A stretch of 64,000 nt of DNA. Origin: a virus. Lineage: Duplodnaviria > Caudoviricetes. Positions 1 through 8,130 of the stretch are shown here, in pieces; position 1 is the stretch's first letter; each line of letters begins with the position of its first letter. The notes under the pieces were generated by a model. That model ran no database searches, was not told the origin of the DNA, and saw nothing but the letters and a program-made list of their open reading frames with translations. The stretch lies in the IMG/VR virus record IMGVR_UViG_3300021400_000034, positions 160,001 through 224,000 of that record. The stretch is one strand, 5' to 3'. The position numbers and the translations under genes were made by a program.

Positions 1-173
1 CGAACGAAGAAGACAAGCGAGAAGTGATGGAGTACATGATGGGAACTGAGTTCAGGTCTATCTTGTCCCGCAAGTCGCAGGCGCAGGTCTCCTTCAGAAC
101 GCTCATCAACTTGTGCAAGCTCAAAGCATCTGATCCAGTCAACTGGAAGTCGTGCGCTGAGCTGGCTATCTAG
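1..173 (+). CDS. Partial CDS (3' end), hypothetical protein
   Basis: Open frame from position 3 (NEEDKREVMEYMM...NWKSCAELAI) to TAG 171-173, phage-typical codons. Confidence 0.6.
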   Translation, partial: NEEDKREVMEYMMGTEFRSILSRKSQAQVSFRTLINLCKLKASDPVNWKSCAELAI

Positions 174-183
174 AGGAGAGTCT

Positions 184-465
184 ATGAAAGAGAAGATGAC
201 ACTGAAAGAAGCTCTCAGCACTCTAAGATGCGAAGGCATACACTTCACGTATGACGAGATCAACCAGGCGTTCGACGAAGAGTCCAGGCTGTCTAACTTT
301 CCGGAGTATCTATACGAAGTCAGGGAGATGCTCGTTCGAAAGGGATTCAGCCGAGGAAAGCAAGCTGACAACTACGAAGAGCTGAGAGACATCGCTCACC
401 GATGCTGCAGACTAGGAAAGAGCAAAGAAGACTGCGTTGCCGAGATAAAGGCAGCTATCAAGTAG
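184..465 (+). CDS. Hypothetical protein
   Basis: 93-aa ORF with GAGGAG RBS. Confidence 0.7.
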   Translation: MKEKMTLKEALSTLRCEGIHFTYDEINQAFDEESRLSNFPEYLYEVREMLVRKGFSRGKQADNYEELRDIAHRCCRLGKSKEDCVAEIKAAIK

Positions 466-487
466 AGAACTGATACCAATAGGAACT

Positions 488-1336
488 ATGAAAGGCTACT
501 TCATTAACGATCTACACATAGACAAGTGGGTGAAGACGCAGTCTTCGTTCGCTAACACTGCTCAGTACAAGAAGCTGCTAGAGAAGTGGTGCATTCCGGC
601 AGACTGCCTCTTCATCGCTGGAGACGTAGCCTGCAGCGTCAACTCGATCTACTCGACATTCAAGGTTCTCTCTGAGATGTATGACCACATCTTCTACGTC
701 TACGGCAATCACGAGATGAGACTGAACGATGAAGATCGTCAGAGAAACCTCGACACTTACAGCAAGCGCGAGAGGATCGAGACGTTCCTGCACACCGCTA
801 CCTTCGACGAGCGAAAGAAGAAGGACATGCTCACTATCCTGAAGGGCAACGAGAAGTTCCACGAAGGAATCAGAGTCATCGGCGGCATGTGCTACGCTGA
901 CGCTATGATCTCGGATGATCCTAATGCTGCAGAAGAGAAGTGGAAGTCTAGCGGAGACAGCCAGAACTTCGACCTAGGATGGTCGGCTGATCTGTTCGAG
1001 ATCGCAAACTACGAGAATGAGGCTGTGGCGAAAGTAGCGAGCACGATCGACTCTGTCGTCATGACACACTTCGGTCCTCACCAGCTCGTCGAAATCGATC
1101 CAGAGCTCAAAGCTAATGGACTAGACTACGGTCTGAGCACTTTCGACGGCGAGAAGATCATAAACAAGCTGAGCTCAGACCTGACGATCTGGCACTACGG
1201 TCATCTGCACGACCAGACTAAGAAGGAGTACCGCGTCAACGGAAAGACGATCCTGGCTCTCAACAACTCGGTAGGAAGTCCAGACAAGCCGACAAAGCAC
1301 AAGCTCGACAAGTCCGAATTTCTCATCACTCTATAA
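488..1336 (+). CDS. Calcineurin-like metallophosphoesterase
   Basis: DLHID, AGD, YGNHE, MTH and GHLH motifs. Confidence 0.9.
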   Translation: MKGYFINDLHIDKWVKTQSSFANTAQYKKLLEKWCIPADCLFIAGDVACSVNSIYSTFKVLSEMYDHIFYVYGNHEMRLNDEDRQRNLDTYSKRERIETFLHTATFDERKKKDMLTILKGNEKFHEGIRVIGGMCYADAMISDDPNAAEEKWKSSGDSQNFDLGWSADLFEIANYENEAVAKVASTIDSVVMTHFGPHQLVEIDPELKANGLDYGLSTFDGEKIINKLSSDLTIWHYGHLHDQTKKEYRVNGKTILALNNSVGSPDKPTKHKLDKSEFLITL

Positions 1337-1371
1337 ATTCTATATTCAGAAAACTACTATAGGAGTCAACT

Positions 1372-1743
1372 ATGATCATCGTAGACGACAAGATTGCAAT
1401 CGAAGTTCCCAAGAAGACCCAGATCAAGGGCATCTACATCCCAGAAGAGCACAAGACTATCGGCCTAGTCGAAGGCACAGTCATCAAGACCGGTCCAGGA
1501 CGCTACTATCCTGACGGCCAGCGCAGACCTCCTAACGTGAAGGTCGGCGACCGAGTGATCATCAACAATATCGCTGCTCTCCATCTCAACTACGAGAAGG
1601 ACGGCGAGAAGAAGGATGTCTGGGTCTGCAAGGAACCAGAGATCATCATGGTGCTAGAAGATGGCGAACACGCTGACGAGTTCCTCGAGAACGTGAGCGA
1701 GCAGGCCAACGGAATGTCTAGATCTGGCATGTTCGGGATCTAA
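1372..1743 (+). CDS. groES: GroES/Cpn10 co-chaperonin
   Basis: DDKIAIE, GIYIP, GTVIKTGPG, VKVGDRV, EPEIIMVL pattern of Cpn10. Confidence 0.85.
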   Translation: MIIVDDKIAIEVPKKTQIKGIYIPEEHKTIGLVEGTVIKTGPGRYYPDGQRRPPNVKVGDRVIINNIAALHLNYEKDGEKKDVWVCKEPEIIMVLEDGEHADEFLENVSEQANGMSRSGMFGI

Positions 1744-1745
1744 TC

Positions 1746-2048
1746 ATGAAGAAGAAGTATGTCATATCGACGCTGATCGTCGTGTCTCTATACCTCGCGG
1801 TCGTCGCTGGCTGCGGGCTGTTCGGAGACACTGCGGCTAGCTTCATCAGAATGATCACGCCATACTTCTTCGCTACTCTCGGTCTGGCTCTAGCGATCAT
1901 CGTGCCTTACAGAGTCATGTGGGCGCTCGACCGCAACGCCGAGATCAAGAGAAAGATCGAGGAAGAGAGACGAATGGCTATGGCTGCAGCTAGGAACAAG
2001 AAGATGGTACAGGCTGCTAAGAAGTTCGACATGGAGAACATGGTATAA
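1746..2048 (+). CDS. Hypothetical membrane protein
   Basis: Two hydrophobic segments followed by a charged tail. Confidence 0.65.
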   Translation: MKKKYVISTLIVVSLYLAVVAGCGLFGDTAASFIRMITPYFFATLGLALAIIVPYRVMWALDRNAEIKRKIEEERRMAMAAARNKKMVQAAKKFDMENMV

Positions 2049-2515
2049 TGACCGACAACGTAAATCACCCGAAACACTACACCAACAGCAAGACTGGAAT
2101 TGAAGTCATCGAAGTGACCAGTCTTCTCAACTTCGACTTGGGAAACGCATTCAAGTACCTAGCACGCTACAAGACTAAGAAAGATCCTGCGGAAGACGTC
2201 AACAAGGCAGTCTGGTATCTCAACCACTACGCTACTCATCTCAACAGCATCGACCGCATCACTGTCGTGGACGACATGCTGAATCTGAGAGAGCTTCTCC
2301 GCAAGATGGAGAAGTTCGTAGGGGTCGAAGATGTGCCGTGCATCAAGCGCGCCCTATTGACTATCACTCAGACGGCTCAGGCTGAAGATGAGCTCTGCAA
2401 TCCTGAAGAAGATCTGCCTCTGCTTCGCGCTGATGAATGGAAGATCACGATCAAGGAACTGAAAGACTACGCTGAGCGGATCAAGGGCATGAAGCCAGAG
2501 GACTTCAATGGCTAA
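2048..2515 (+). CDS. DUF3310 family protein (T7 gp1.7-like nucleotide kinase family)
   Basis: DNVNHPKHY, IEVIEV, GNAFKYLAR, EDVNKAVWYL. Confidence 0.85.
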   Translation: MTDNVNHPKHYTNSKTGIEVIEVTSLLNFDLGNAFKYLARYKTKKDPAEDVNKAVWYLNHYATHLNSIDRITVVDDMLNLRELLRKMEKFVGVEDVPCIKRALLTITQTAQAEDELCNPEEDLPLLRADEWKITIKELKDYAERIKGMKPEDFNG

Positions 2516-4394
2516 GTCATACGACGCTAACGCGATCGAGGCGCTGCAGTACCCAGAGAACGTCAGAAAGCGTCCGGACATGTACATGGGCGCTACTACG
2601 GGAAAGTTCGCTCCAGCGCTCTACAGGTGCCTCAGAGAGATCCTAGACAACTCGCTCGACGAGTACCTGTGCGGTCACAACGACAAGGTCTACGTGTTCT
2701 ACGACACTAAGACAGCCGTCTGCACAGTCATCGACAACGGACGAGGCATTCCGACTGAGATAAACGAGAAGACTGGAAAGTCTGCTCTATTCCTCGTGTT
2801 CGGACAGCTTCACGCTGGCGGAAAGTTCGACCAAGACGCTTACAAGATCTCTGCAGGTAAGAACGGAATCGGTAACAAGGGAACTAACGCTCTGTCTGAG
2901 TGGCTAGTCGCTTTCTCGAACAACAACCGCTCTAAGGCATGGATGTGCCAGAAGTTCAAGAGAGGCATAGCAGTCGGCGGCGTCTCTGCTGCGGCTATTC
3001 CTCCGGAGTTCAAGAGCTGCGTAAAGAAGAACGGAACGATCGTCCAGTTCAAGCCCGATCCCGAGATCTTCAAGTCTGGAATCGAGATGGACATCGCACG
3101 CCTCAAGCGAGAGCTGAGAGACATTCAGTACCTGTGTCCTAAGCTTCACATCAAGCTCATCGTCGACGGACAAGAGACTGAGTACTACAGCGAGAGCGGT
3201 CTGACTGAGCTAGTCTGCGACGGAAAGCAGTACGAGTACGTCTTCTCTTACACGGAAGAGACTATCGACGCAGCTATCGCTTTCACTAAGAAGGACGGAT
3301 GCTCGTTCAAGTCATACGTCAACATCGTCTACACAGACATGGGCGGAACCCACTTGGCTGGTTTCAAGAAGATCATCTGCGACATCGTCAAAGAGAACTC
3401 TAAGAAGCCCATCGCTAACGACGACATTCTCGAAGGCATGGTAGGCGCTATCCACTACAAGATGTCGGAGCCTCAGTACCAGTCTCAGACGAAGAACGAG
3501 CTCACCTCGGCAGAGGCTAAGGATGACGTGATGAGGCTCTTAGAACAGCCTCTACGGCGCTTCTTCAAGAAGAACAAGAGTCTGCTAGACCGGATCGTCA
3601 AGTATGCTGAAGAGATGTACGCGAAGAAAGAGAAGATGAAGGCCGACAAGGACCTCTTGAAGGGCCTGAAGAACATCAACAACGCTGCACGCTATATCTC
3701 TGAGAAGTTCTCGGACGCCGACAGACGCAAGTACAGAAACGTGGACGACCTAGAGATGTTCGTCGTCGAGGGGGACTCTGCTGGTGGTCACTTCAAGCAA
3801 GCTCGTGAAGGATTCCAAGCCTGTCTGAAGCTTCGCGGAAAGATCATCAACGCCGCCAAGGCTACACAGACGCAGCTCTTCGGATCCACGAAGAAAGGAT
3901 CTGAGCAAGACGGCAACCGAGAGATCAAAGACTTGACGGCTGCGCTCGGCTGCGGAGTCCTAGACCAGTACAACGAGTCGAACTTGAGATTCGGAAAGCT
4001 GATCATACTGACTGACGCTGACCCTGACGGAAATCACATCACGAACCTCGTGCTAGCGTTTCTCATCAAGTACATGCCTGACCTAGTCAAGAACGGTCAC
4101 GTCTACACAGTGGACGCTCCTCTCTTCATGGCTAACGGCGCAAGCGCTAGAGCTTACGGAAACAGCAGAAACGAAGTAGAGAGGAAGATGAAGGAAGCGA
4201 AGTGCAAGCAGTACACGATCACTCGACTCAAAGGATGGGGAGAGTGCAACGCTGACGACTTGGCTACTCTCTGCATCTCTCCGAAGACGAGAAAGCTGAT
4301 CCGCATGAACTATGACGACAAGACCATCGAGACGCTAGAGCAGACGATGGCTGGAGACTCTGAGTTCAGAAAGGTTCTGCTCGACGTGAAGTAA
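2508..4394 (+). CDS. gyrB: Type IIA DNA topoisomerase subunit B (GyrB/ParE homologue; T4 gp39+60 equivalent)
   Basis: VRKRPDMY, EILDNSLDE, DNGRGIP, LHAGGKF, VEGDSAGG, LRGKIIN, TDADPDG. Confidence 0.95.
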   Translation: MAKSYDANAIEALQYPENVRKRPDMYMGATTGKFAPALYRCLREILDNSLDEYLCGHNDKVYVFYDTKTAVCTVIDNGRGIPTEINEKTGKSALFLVFGQLHAGGKFDQDAYKISAGKNGIGNKGTNALSEWLVAFSNNNRSKAWMCQKFKRGIAVGGVSAAAIPPEFKSCVKKNGTIVQFKPDPEIFKSGIEMDIARLKRELRDIQYLCPKLHIKLIVDGQETEYYSESGLTELVCDGKQYEYVFSYTEETIDAAIAFTKKDGCSFKSYVNIVYTDMGGTHLAGFKKIICDIVKENSKKPIANDDILEGMVGAIHYKMSEPQYQSQTKNELTSAEAKDDVMRLLEQPLRRFFKKNKSLLDRIVKYAEEMYAKKEKMKADKDLLKGLKNINNAARYISEKFSDADRRKYRNVDDLEMFVVEGDSAGGHFKQAREGFQACLKLRGKIINAAKATQTQLFGSTKKGSEQDGNREIKDLTAALGCGVLDQYNESNLRFGKLIILTDADPDGNHITNLVLAFLIKYMPDLVKNGHVYTVDAPLFMANGASARAYGNSRNEVERKMKEAKCKQYTITRLKGWGECNADDLATLCISPKTRKLIRMNYDDKTIETLEQTMAGDSEFRKVLLDVK

Positions 4395-4401
4395 CACAAA
4401 T

Positions 4402-4425
4402 ATGGCGCTGTCAGTTCAGCGCCAT
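4402..4425. terminator. Bidirectional intrinsic terminator
   Basis: ATGGCGCTG/CAGCGCCAT stem between convergent genes. Confidence 0.7.
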
Positions 4426-4437
4426 TGTTGTATCTAC

Positions 4438-4698
4438 TCAGTCGTCGAACGCTAGGTCAGCAGACCACGGTCGGTTGAAGAAGTCGCAGCTCTTTCGTAT
4501 CAGTCCAGACGCTTTCTCTTCGCGAGTCATGCGGCGGTTCGGATTTGATTCAGCCTTCGCCGAGATGAACTCGAAGTTGCCGCGCATGCAGCACTGCTTC
4601 AAGAAGTACTCGTTGACTTCGTCATTTCCAGGAAGGCCGCATATAGTGAAGTACTTCTGGTCCTTCTTCGGCTCTTTGTATATGACAGACACCCACAT
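4438..4698 (-). CDS. Hypothetical early protein
   Basis: AAGGAG RBS and own TTTAGA/TATATT promoter. Confidence 0.7.
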   Translation of the reverse strand: MWVSVIYKEPKKDQKYFTICGLPGNDEVNEYFLKQCCMRGNFEFISAKAESNPNRRMTREEKASGLIRKSCDFFNRPWSADLAFDD

Positions 4699-4731
4699 AG
4701 ATTACTCCTTTTTGTTTGAGTTTACAGTGTA

Positions 4732-4762
4732 AATATAAGTAAATCTAGAGAAATCTAAACCC
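4732..4762 (-). promoter_or_regulatory. Early (sigma70-type) promoter
   Basis: GGGTTTAGA-TTTCTC-...-TATATT, motif repeated through the window. Confidence 0.75.
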
Positions 4763-4783
4763 AAAAATCGGAGAAACTGAAAG

Positions 4784-5680
4784 ATGTTCCAAGGTGCAGA
4801 CAATATCAGGGGCCACAAAGAGAAAGTGGAGATGACGCCAGAGCAAGTCGAGGAGTACGCGAAGTGCCAGAACGACATATTCCACTTCGCTAAGTACTTC
4901 TACATCCTGACGCCGAAAGGCTCTAAGCCTATCCCTCTGCGTGAGTACCAGATCCGCGAGATCAAGACGCTGTGCGCTAAAGTCGAGGGCAAGAACAACC
5001 GAATCATCATGCAGGGTCGTCAGTCGGGAAAGACGACGATTGCGACACTGTATCTGACTTGGAAGGCTCTCTTCGAAGAGGACAAGACGATCGCTATCTT
5101 GGCTAACAAGCTCGCTCAGGCTCTAGAGATCATGGCCCGTATCAGAGACGCCTACATCAGACTCCCTCTATGGCTCCAGCAGGGAATCGATCCTCAGCGC
5201 GGAGGCTGGTCTAAGTCCTGCATAGGTCTCGACAACGGCACTAAGATCTTCGCTGCTGCTTCATCTACGAGCTCTATTCGTGGTAAGTCCGTCAACTACA
5301 TGCTCGTGGACGAGTTCGCTCACTTGGACGACTCGATCGCTGAAGACTTCATCCAGTCAGTCATGCCGGTGCAGACCTCTGACCCGGACGCTGAGCTGAT
5401 CCTCATCTCTACTCCTAATGGAATGAACCACTTCGCCGACATCTGGCAGAATGCTGTCGCTGGCGAGAATTCCTACATTCCGTGCAAAGTCCAGTGGTGG
5501 GAGATCGAAGGAAGAGACGAAGCTTGGAAGGCTAGAGTCATCAGAGACTATGGTGTTAAGCATTTTGCCCAAGAATATGCGTGTTGCGACAAAAATCAGA
5601 AAGTTAAGATAAGAAGAAACGGAATTGAGTCAATAGTTACGTTCGAAGAGCTACATTCTATCCTAGAACATGAGCTATAG
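4784..5680 (+). CDS. gp17: Terminase large subunit, N-terminal ATPase half, fused to split-intein N-fragment
   Basis: LREYQ, GRQSGKTT Walker A, ILANK, SIRG, VDEFAH Walker B, ISTPNGMNHF, FAQEY; nuclease domain absent. Confidence 0.93.
   Translation: MFQGADNIRGHKEKVEMTPEQVEEYAKCQNDIFHFAKYFYILTPKGSKPIPLREYQIREIKTLCAKVEGKNNRIIMQGRQSGKTTIATLYLTWKALFEEDKTIAILANKLAQALEIMARIRDAYIRLPLWLQQGIDPQRGGWSKSCIGLDNGTKIFAAASSTSSIRGKSVNYMLVDEFAHLDDSIAEDFIQSVMPVQTSDPDAELILISTPNGMNHFADIWQNAVAGENSYIPCKVQWWEIEGRDEAWKARVIRDYGVKHFAQEYACCDKNQKVKIRRNGIESIVTFEELHSILEHEL
5582..5677 (+). other. Split intein N-fragment (IntN, 32 aa)
   Basis: CCDKNQKVKIRRNGIESIVTFEELHSILEHEL directly after QEYA, intein block-A like, same site as known TerL split inteins. 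Confidence 0.8.
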
Positions 5681-5786
5681 TCATAAAAATCAGCATAAAA
5701 TCACATAAAAGTCAAATTTTTCTATATTCAAAATTGTAAATATCATATAAAATGGGTATGAACACTTTGAATAAGGAAATAAGACA

Positions 5787-7196
5787 ATGTTAGAGTGCAA
5801 GATATGCGGCAAGGATGACTTCGAAAAGATAACAGCTCTCACAACGCACATTCAGTTTCACCATAAGGAGTACACAGCTCAGAGCTACTATGACGAGTTC
5901 TTGAAGAAACCTGGAGAGGGAATCTGTCATACTTGCGGAGGTCCGACTCCTTTCCGAGGTCTCATCAAAGGATATCAGAAGTACTGCTCCAACAAGTGCG
6001 TATGGCAGGATCCAGAGGTCAAAGCTAAGCGTGCAGAGAGCATATCGAAGCTAACAGAAGATCAAATACGTGAGTGGAGACAGAAGAACATAGAATCTCA
6101 TAAGAACGCTGACGGAAAGTGCATATCATACGAAGAGCTAGAGAAGCGAAAGAAGATCAGCGAAGATTCATTCAAGAAATACTTCGAGAAAGCTGACTGC
6201 GAATTCATCAGCTACGAGCAGACAGAGAAGCAGCCAGTCACCTTCAGATGCAACAAGTGCGGAAACGAAGCGACATACGTCAGATCTCTCGTCGACCGCA
6301 TGGCTCGAAACGAAGACTACGGGATATGTCACTTCTGCAACAACAGAAAGTCTGTCAGCACCCCTGAGCGTGAGCTGAGAAAGTTCTTGACTGACAACTA
6401 TCAAGGAAAGATCCTGCTAAACGACAGAAAGATCCTCGTTGGAAAAGAGCTCGACATAGTCATTCCAGAGGCTAAGCTCGCTATCGAGTACGACGGATTC
6501 TACTGGCACAACGAGAATTCTGTATCAGCCAAATATCACCTAGAGAAGACTGAAGCATGCGAAGCTGCTGGATATAGGCTCATACACATATTCGAAGACG
6601 AGTGGAAGCAGAAGCGTTCGATAGTCGAGAGTAGACTCAGAGGAATTCTCGGCTTGAACGAGAGAGTCTACGCTAGAAAGACTGAATGCCGAGAGGTGAG
6701 CTACGAGGAGAGCAGAGAGTTCCTTGAAGAGAATCACATTCAGGGAAGCTGCATGTCAAAGTGGAGATACGGTCTCTTCTACAATGATCAGCTAGTCGCC
6801 GTGATGACGTTCGGAAAGAGCCGATTCGAAGACGGATTTGAGCTGTTGAGATTCTGCAACAAGTTGAACTTGAATGTCGTAGGAGGCGCTGGAAAGCTGC
6901 TGGCTCGTTTCAGAGCTGATCATCCGGAGATAGAGAAGATAGTAAGCTACGCAGACAGACGCTGGTCTATTGGTGGTCTGTACGAGAAGCTGAGATTCAG
7001 GCTAGTGCAGAAGACAGATCCGTCATACTTCTACATAGTGAACCATCAGAGAAAGTCGAGACTTCAGTTCCAGAAGCACAAGCTCGTCGCCGAAGGCGCT
7101 GATCCCTCTCTGTCTGAGCACGAGATAATGAAGCAGAAGAAGTGTCCACGCATATACGACTGCGGGACACTGAAGTACGAGTTGAGTAGAAGCTAA
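5787..7196 (+). CDS. Free-standing homing endonuclease (Zn fingers + Vsr/DUF559-like nuclease + Hef-like C-terminal domain)
   Basis: CKIC..H...H finger, several CxxC, ELDIVIPEAKLAIEYDGFYWH, LIHIFEDEW, SYADRRWS, RIYDCG. Confidence 0.85.
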   Translation: MLECKICGKDDFEKITALTTHIQFHHKEYTAQSYYDEFLKKPGEGICHTCGGPTPFRGLIKGYQKYCSNKCVWQDPEVKAKRAESISKLTEDQIREWRQKNIESHKNADGKCISYEELEKRKKISEDSFKKYFEKADCEFISYEQTEKQPVTFRCNKCGNEATYVRSLVDRMARNEDYGICHFCNNRKSVSTPERELRKFLTDNYQGKILLNDRKILVGKELDIVIPEAKLAIEYDGFYWHNENSVSAKYHLEKTEACEAAGYRLIHIFEDEWKQKRSIVESRLRGILGLNERVYARKTECREVSYEESREFLEENHIQGSCMSKWRYGLFYNDQLVAVMTFGKSRFEDGFELLRFCNKLNLNVVGGAGKLLARFRADHPEIEKIVSYADRRWSIGGLYEKLRFRLVQKTDPSYFYIVNHQRKSRLQFQKHKLVAEGADPSLSEHEIMKQKKCPRIYDCGTLKYELSRS

Positions 7197-7295
7197 AGCC
7201 TTGATGGGCACCAGTTGGTCAAGATCAGAAGAGACGGAGTGGAGTGCGTAGTCTCGATGGAGGAATTGGCTAGCATGCTTGAGCACCAGCTCTAG
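7197..7295 (+). pseudogene. Displaced second copy of the split-intein N-fragment
   Basis: Translates SLDGHQLVKIRRDGVECVVSMEELASMLEHQL*, 18/32 identical and ungapped versus 5582-5677; no start codon or RBS at its 5' end. Confidence 0.85.
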
Positions 7296-7607
7296 TTAGT
7301 TTCCGTGGTCCGCAGAGTCATCAGTGTTTCCGTTGTCACGTTCAGGTTCTGCCGGATCGTAGGTGATCGTGTAGATAGCGATCACAGTGTCGTACCTGCC
7401 GTTGTTGTGTCGGTTGAGTGTGTAAGTCGTGATCTTGATGTCGTGAATGACAGCAGGTTTGTTCTTCTCGATCCACTTGTTCAGCTTCCGGTCGATCTCT
7501 TTCTCCGTCACTGGAATCGCCTTGGGATTGTAGCTACCCGGGTCGTAGTTGTACACGAGGTTTCCGCCGAAGTTGGAAAGTAGGAACTGGAAAGTCTTGA
7601 TTTTCAT
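7296..7607 (-). CDS. Hypothetical early protein
   Basis: AAGGACC leader and own early promoter. Confidence 0.75.
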   Translation of the reverse strand: MKIKTFQFLLSNFGGNLVYNYDPGSYNPKAIPVTEKEIDRKLNKWIEKNKPAVIHDIKITTYTLNRHNNGRYDTVIAIYTITYDPAEPERDNGNTDDSADHGN

Positions 7608-7641
7608 GTTGTTGGTCCTTGTTGATTGTTTTTACGTAGTA

Positions 7642-7674
7642 AATATAAGAAAATCTGAGAGAAATCTAAACCCC
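7642..7674 (-). promoter_or_regulatory. Early promoter
   Basis: GGGGTTTAGA-N17-TATATT. Confidence 0.75.
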
Positions 7675-7680
7675 TAAAAT

Positions 7681-8130
7681 TCATTTAATGAGAAATTTCG
7701 ACTTTCGATCTTTCTTGCTCTTCCAAGTCTCTACATCCCATTCGAAGATGTCTGAGTTGACGAAGTTATGCTTTACGATATCTCTGACATCTTCGTCCGT
7801 GAAGTTCTTCATGAACTTGATGATGCGCTGTTGAGCGTATCTGTGAGTCGGCGGATCTAGCTCTACGCCGTAAGTGTTCTTGAGCGCAGTGATTGGATCT
7901 TGTCCGTGCTCTACGATCCTGCGGTACAGCATAGCGATCACGATGTTGCCAGCACCCATCGTCGGATCTAGCATAGTCTTTGACGGATCGTTCCAGTTAG
8001 CGATAGGCCACTTGTCCATCATCTTAGCGATCGTGTCGTATGGAGTCCATACCTGGCCGAGCTTCTGACGCTCCTTCTTGTCAGCGTGCTCATAGTGATT
8101 GAAGTCATTGTCGTAATCGTATATGCTCAT
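7681..8130 (-). CDS. Amino-DNA methyltransferase, SAM-binding half
   Basis: GQVWTP (motif X), LDPTMGAGN (motif I), YGVELD; no NPPY. Confidence 0.8.
   Translation of the reverse strand: MSIYDYDNDFNHYEHADKKERQKLGQVWTPYDTIAKMMDKWPIANWNDPSKTMLDPTMGAGNIVIAMLYRRIVEHGQDPITALKNTYGVELDPPTHRYAQQRIIKFMKNFTDEDVRDIVKHNFVNSDIFEWDVETWKSKKDRKSKFLIK

Larger units (their letters stand above)
5549..7196 (+). mobile_element. Homing-endonuclease cassette carrying a replacement 3' end of terL-N
   Basis: Shift to A/T-ending codons at ~5549; paralogous IntN copies on either side of the endonuclease gene. Confidence 0.65.

Noticed and set aside
2508-4394. Bacterial chromosome origin suggested by gyrB/gyrA, groES, infA, nrdD
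   Set aside because: Interspersed with T4-like core genes and sharing their codon usage and promoters
5682-5710. CATAAAA repeated three times before the endonuclease gene
   Set aside because: Short, low-complexity AT-rich sequence with no supportable function
5583-7197. Group I intron whose removal would join QEYA to CLDGHQ
   Set aside because: No junction gives both a U-ending 5' exon and a G-ending intron, and there is no room for a ribozyme core: the only non-coding part is ~100 AT-rich nt
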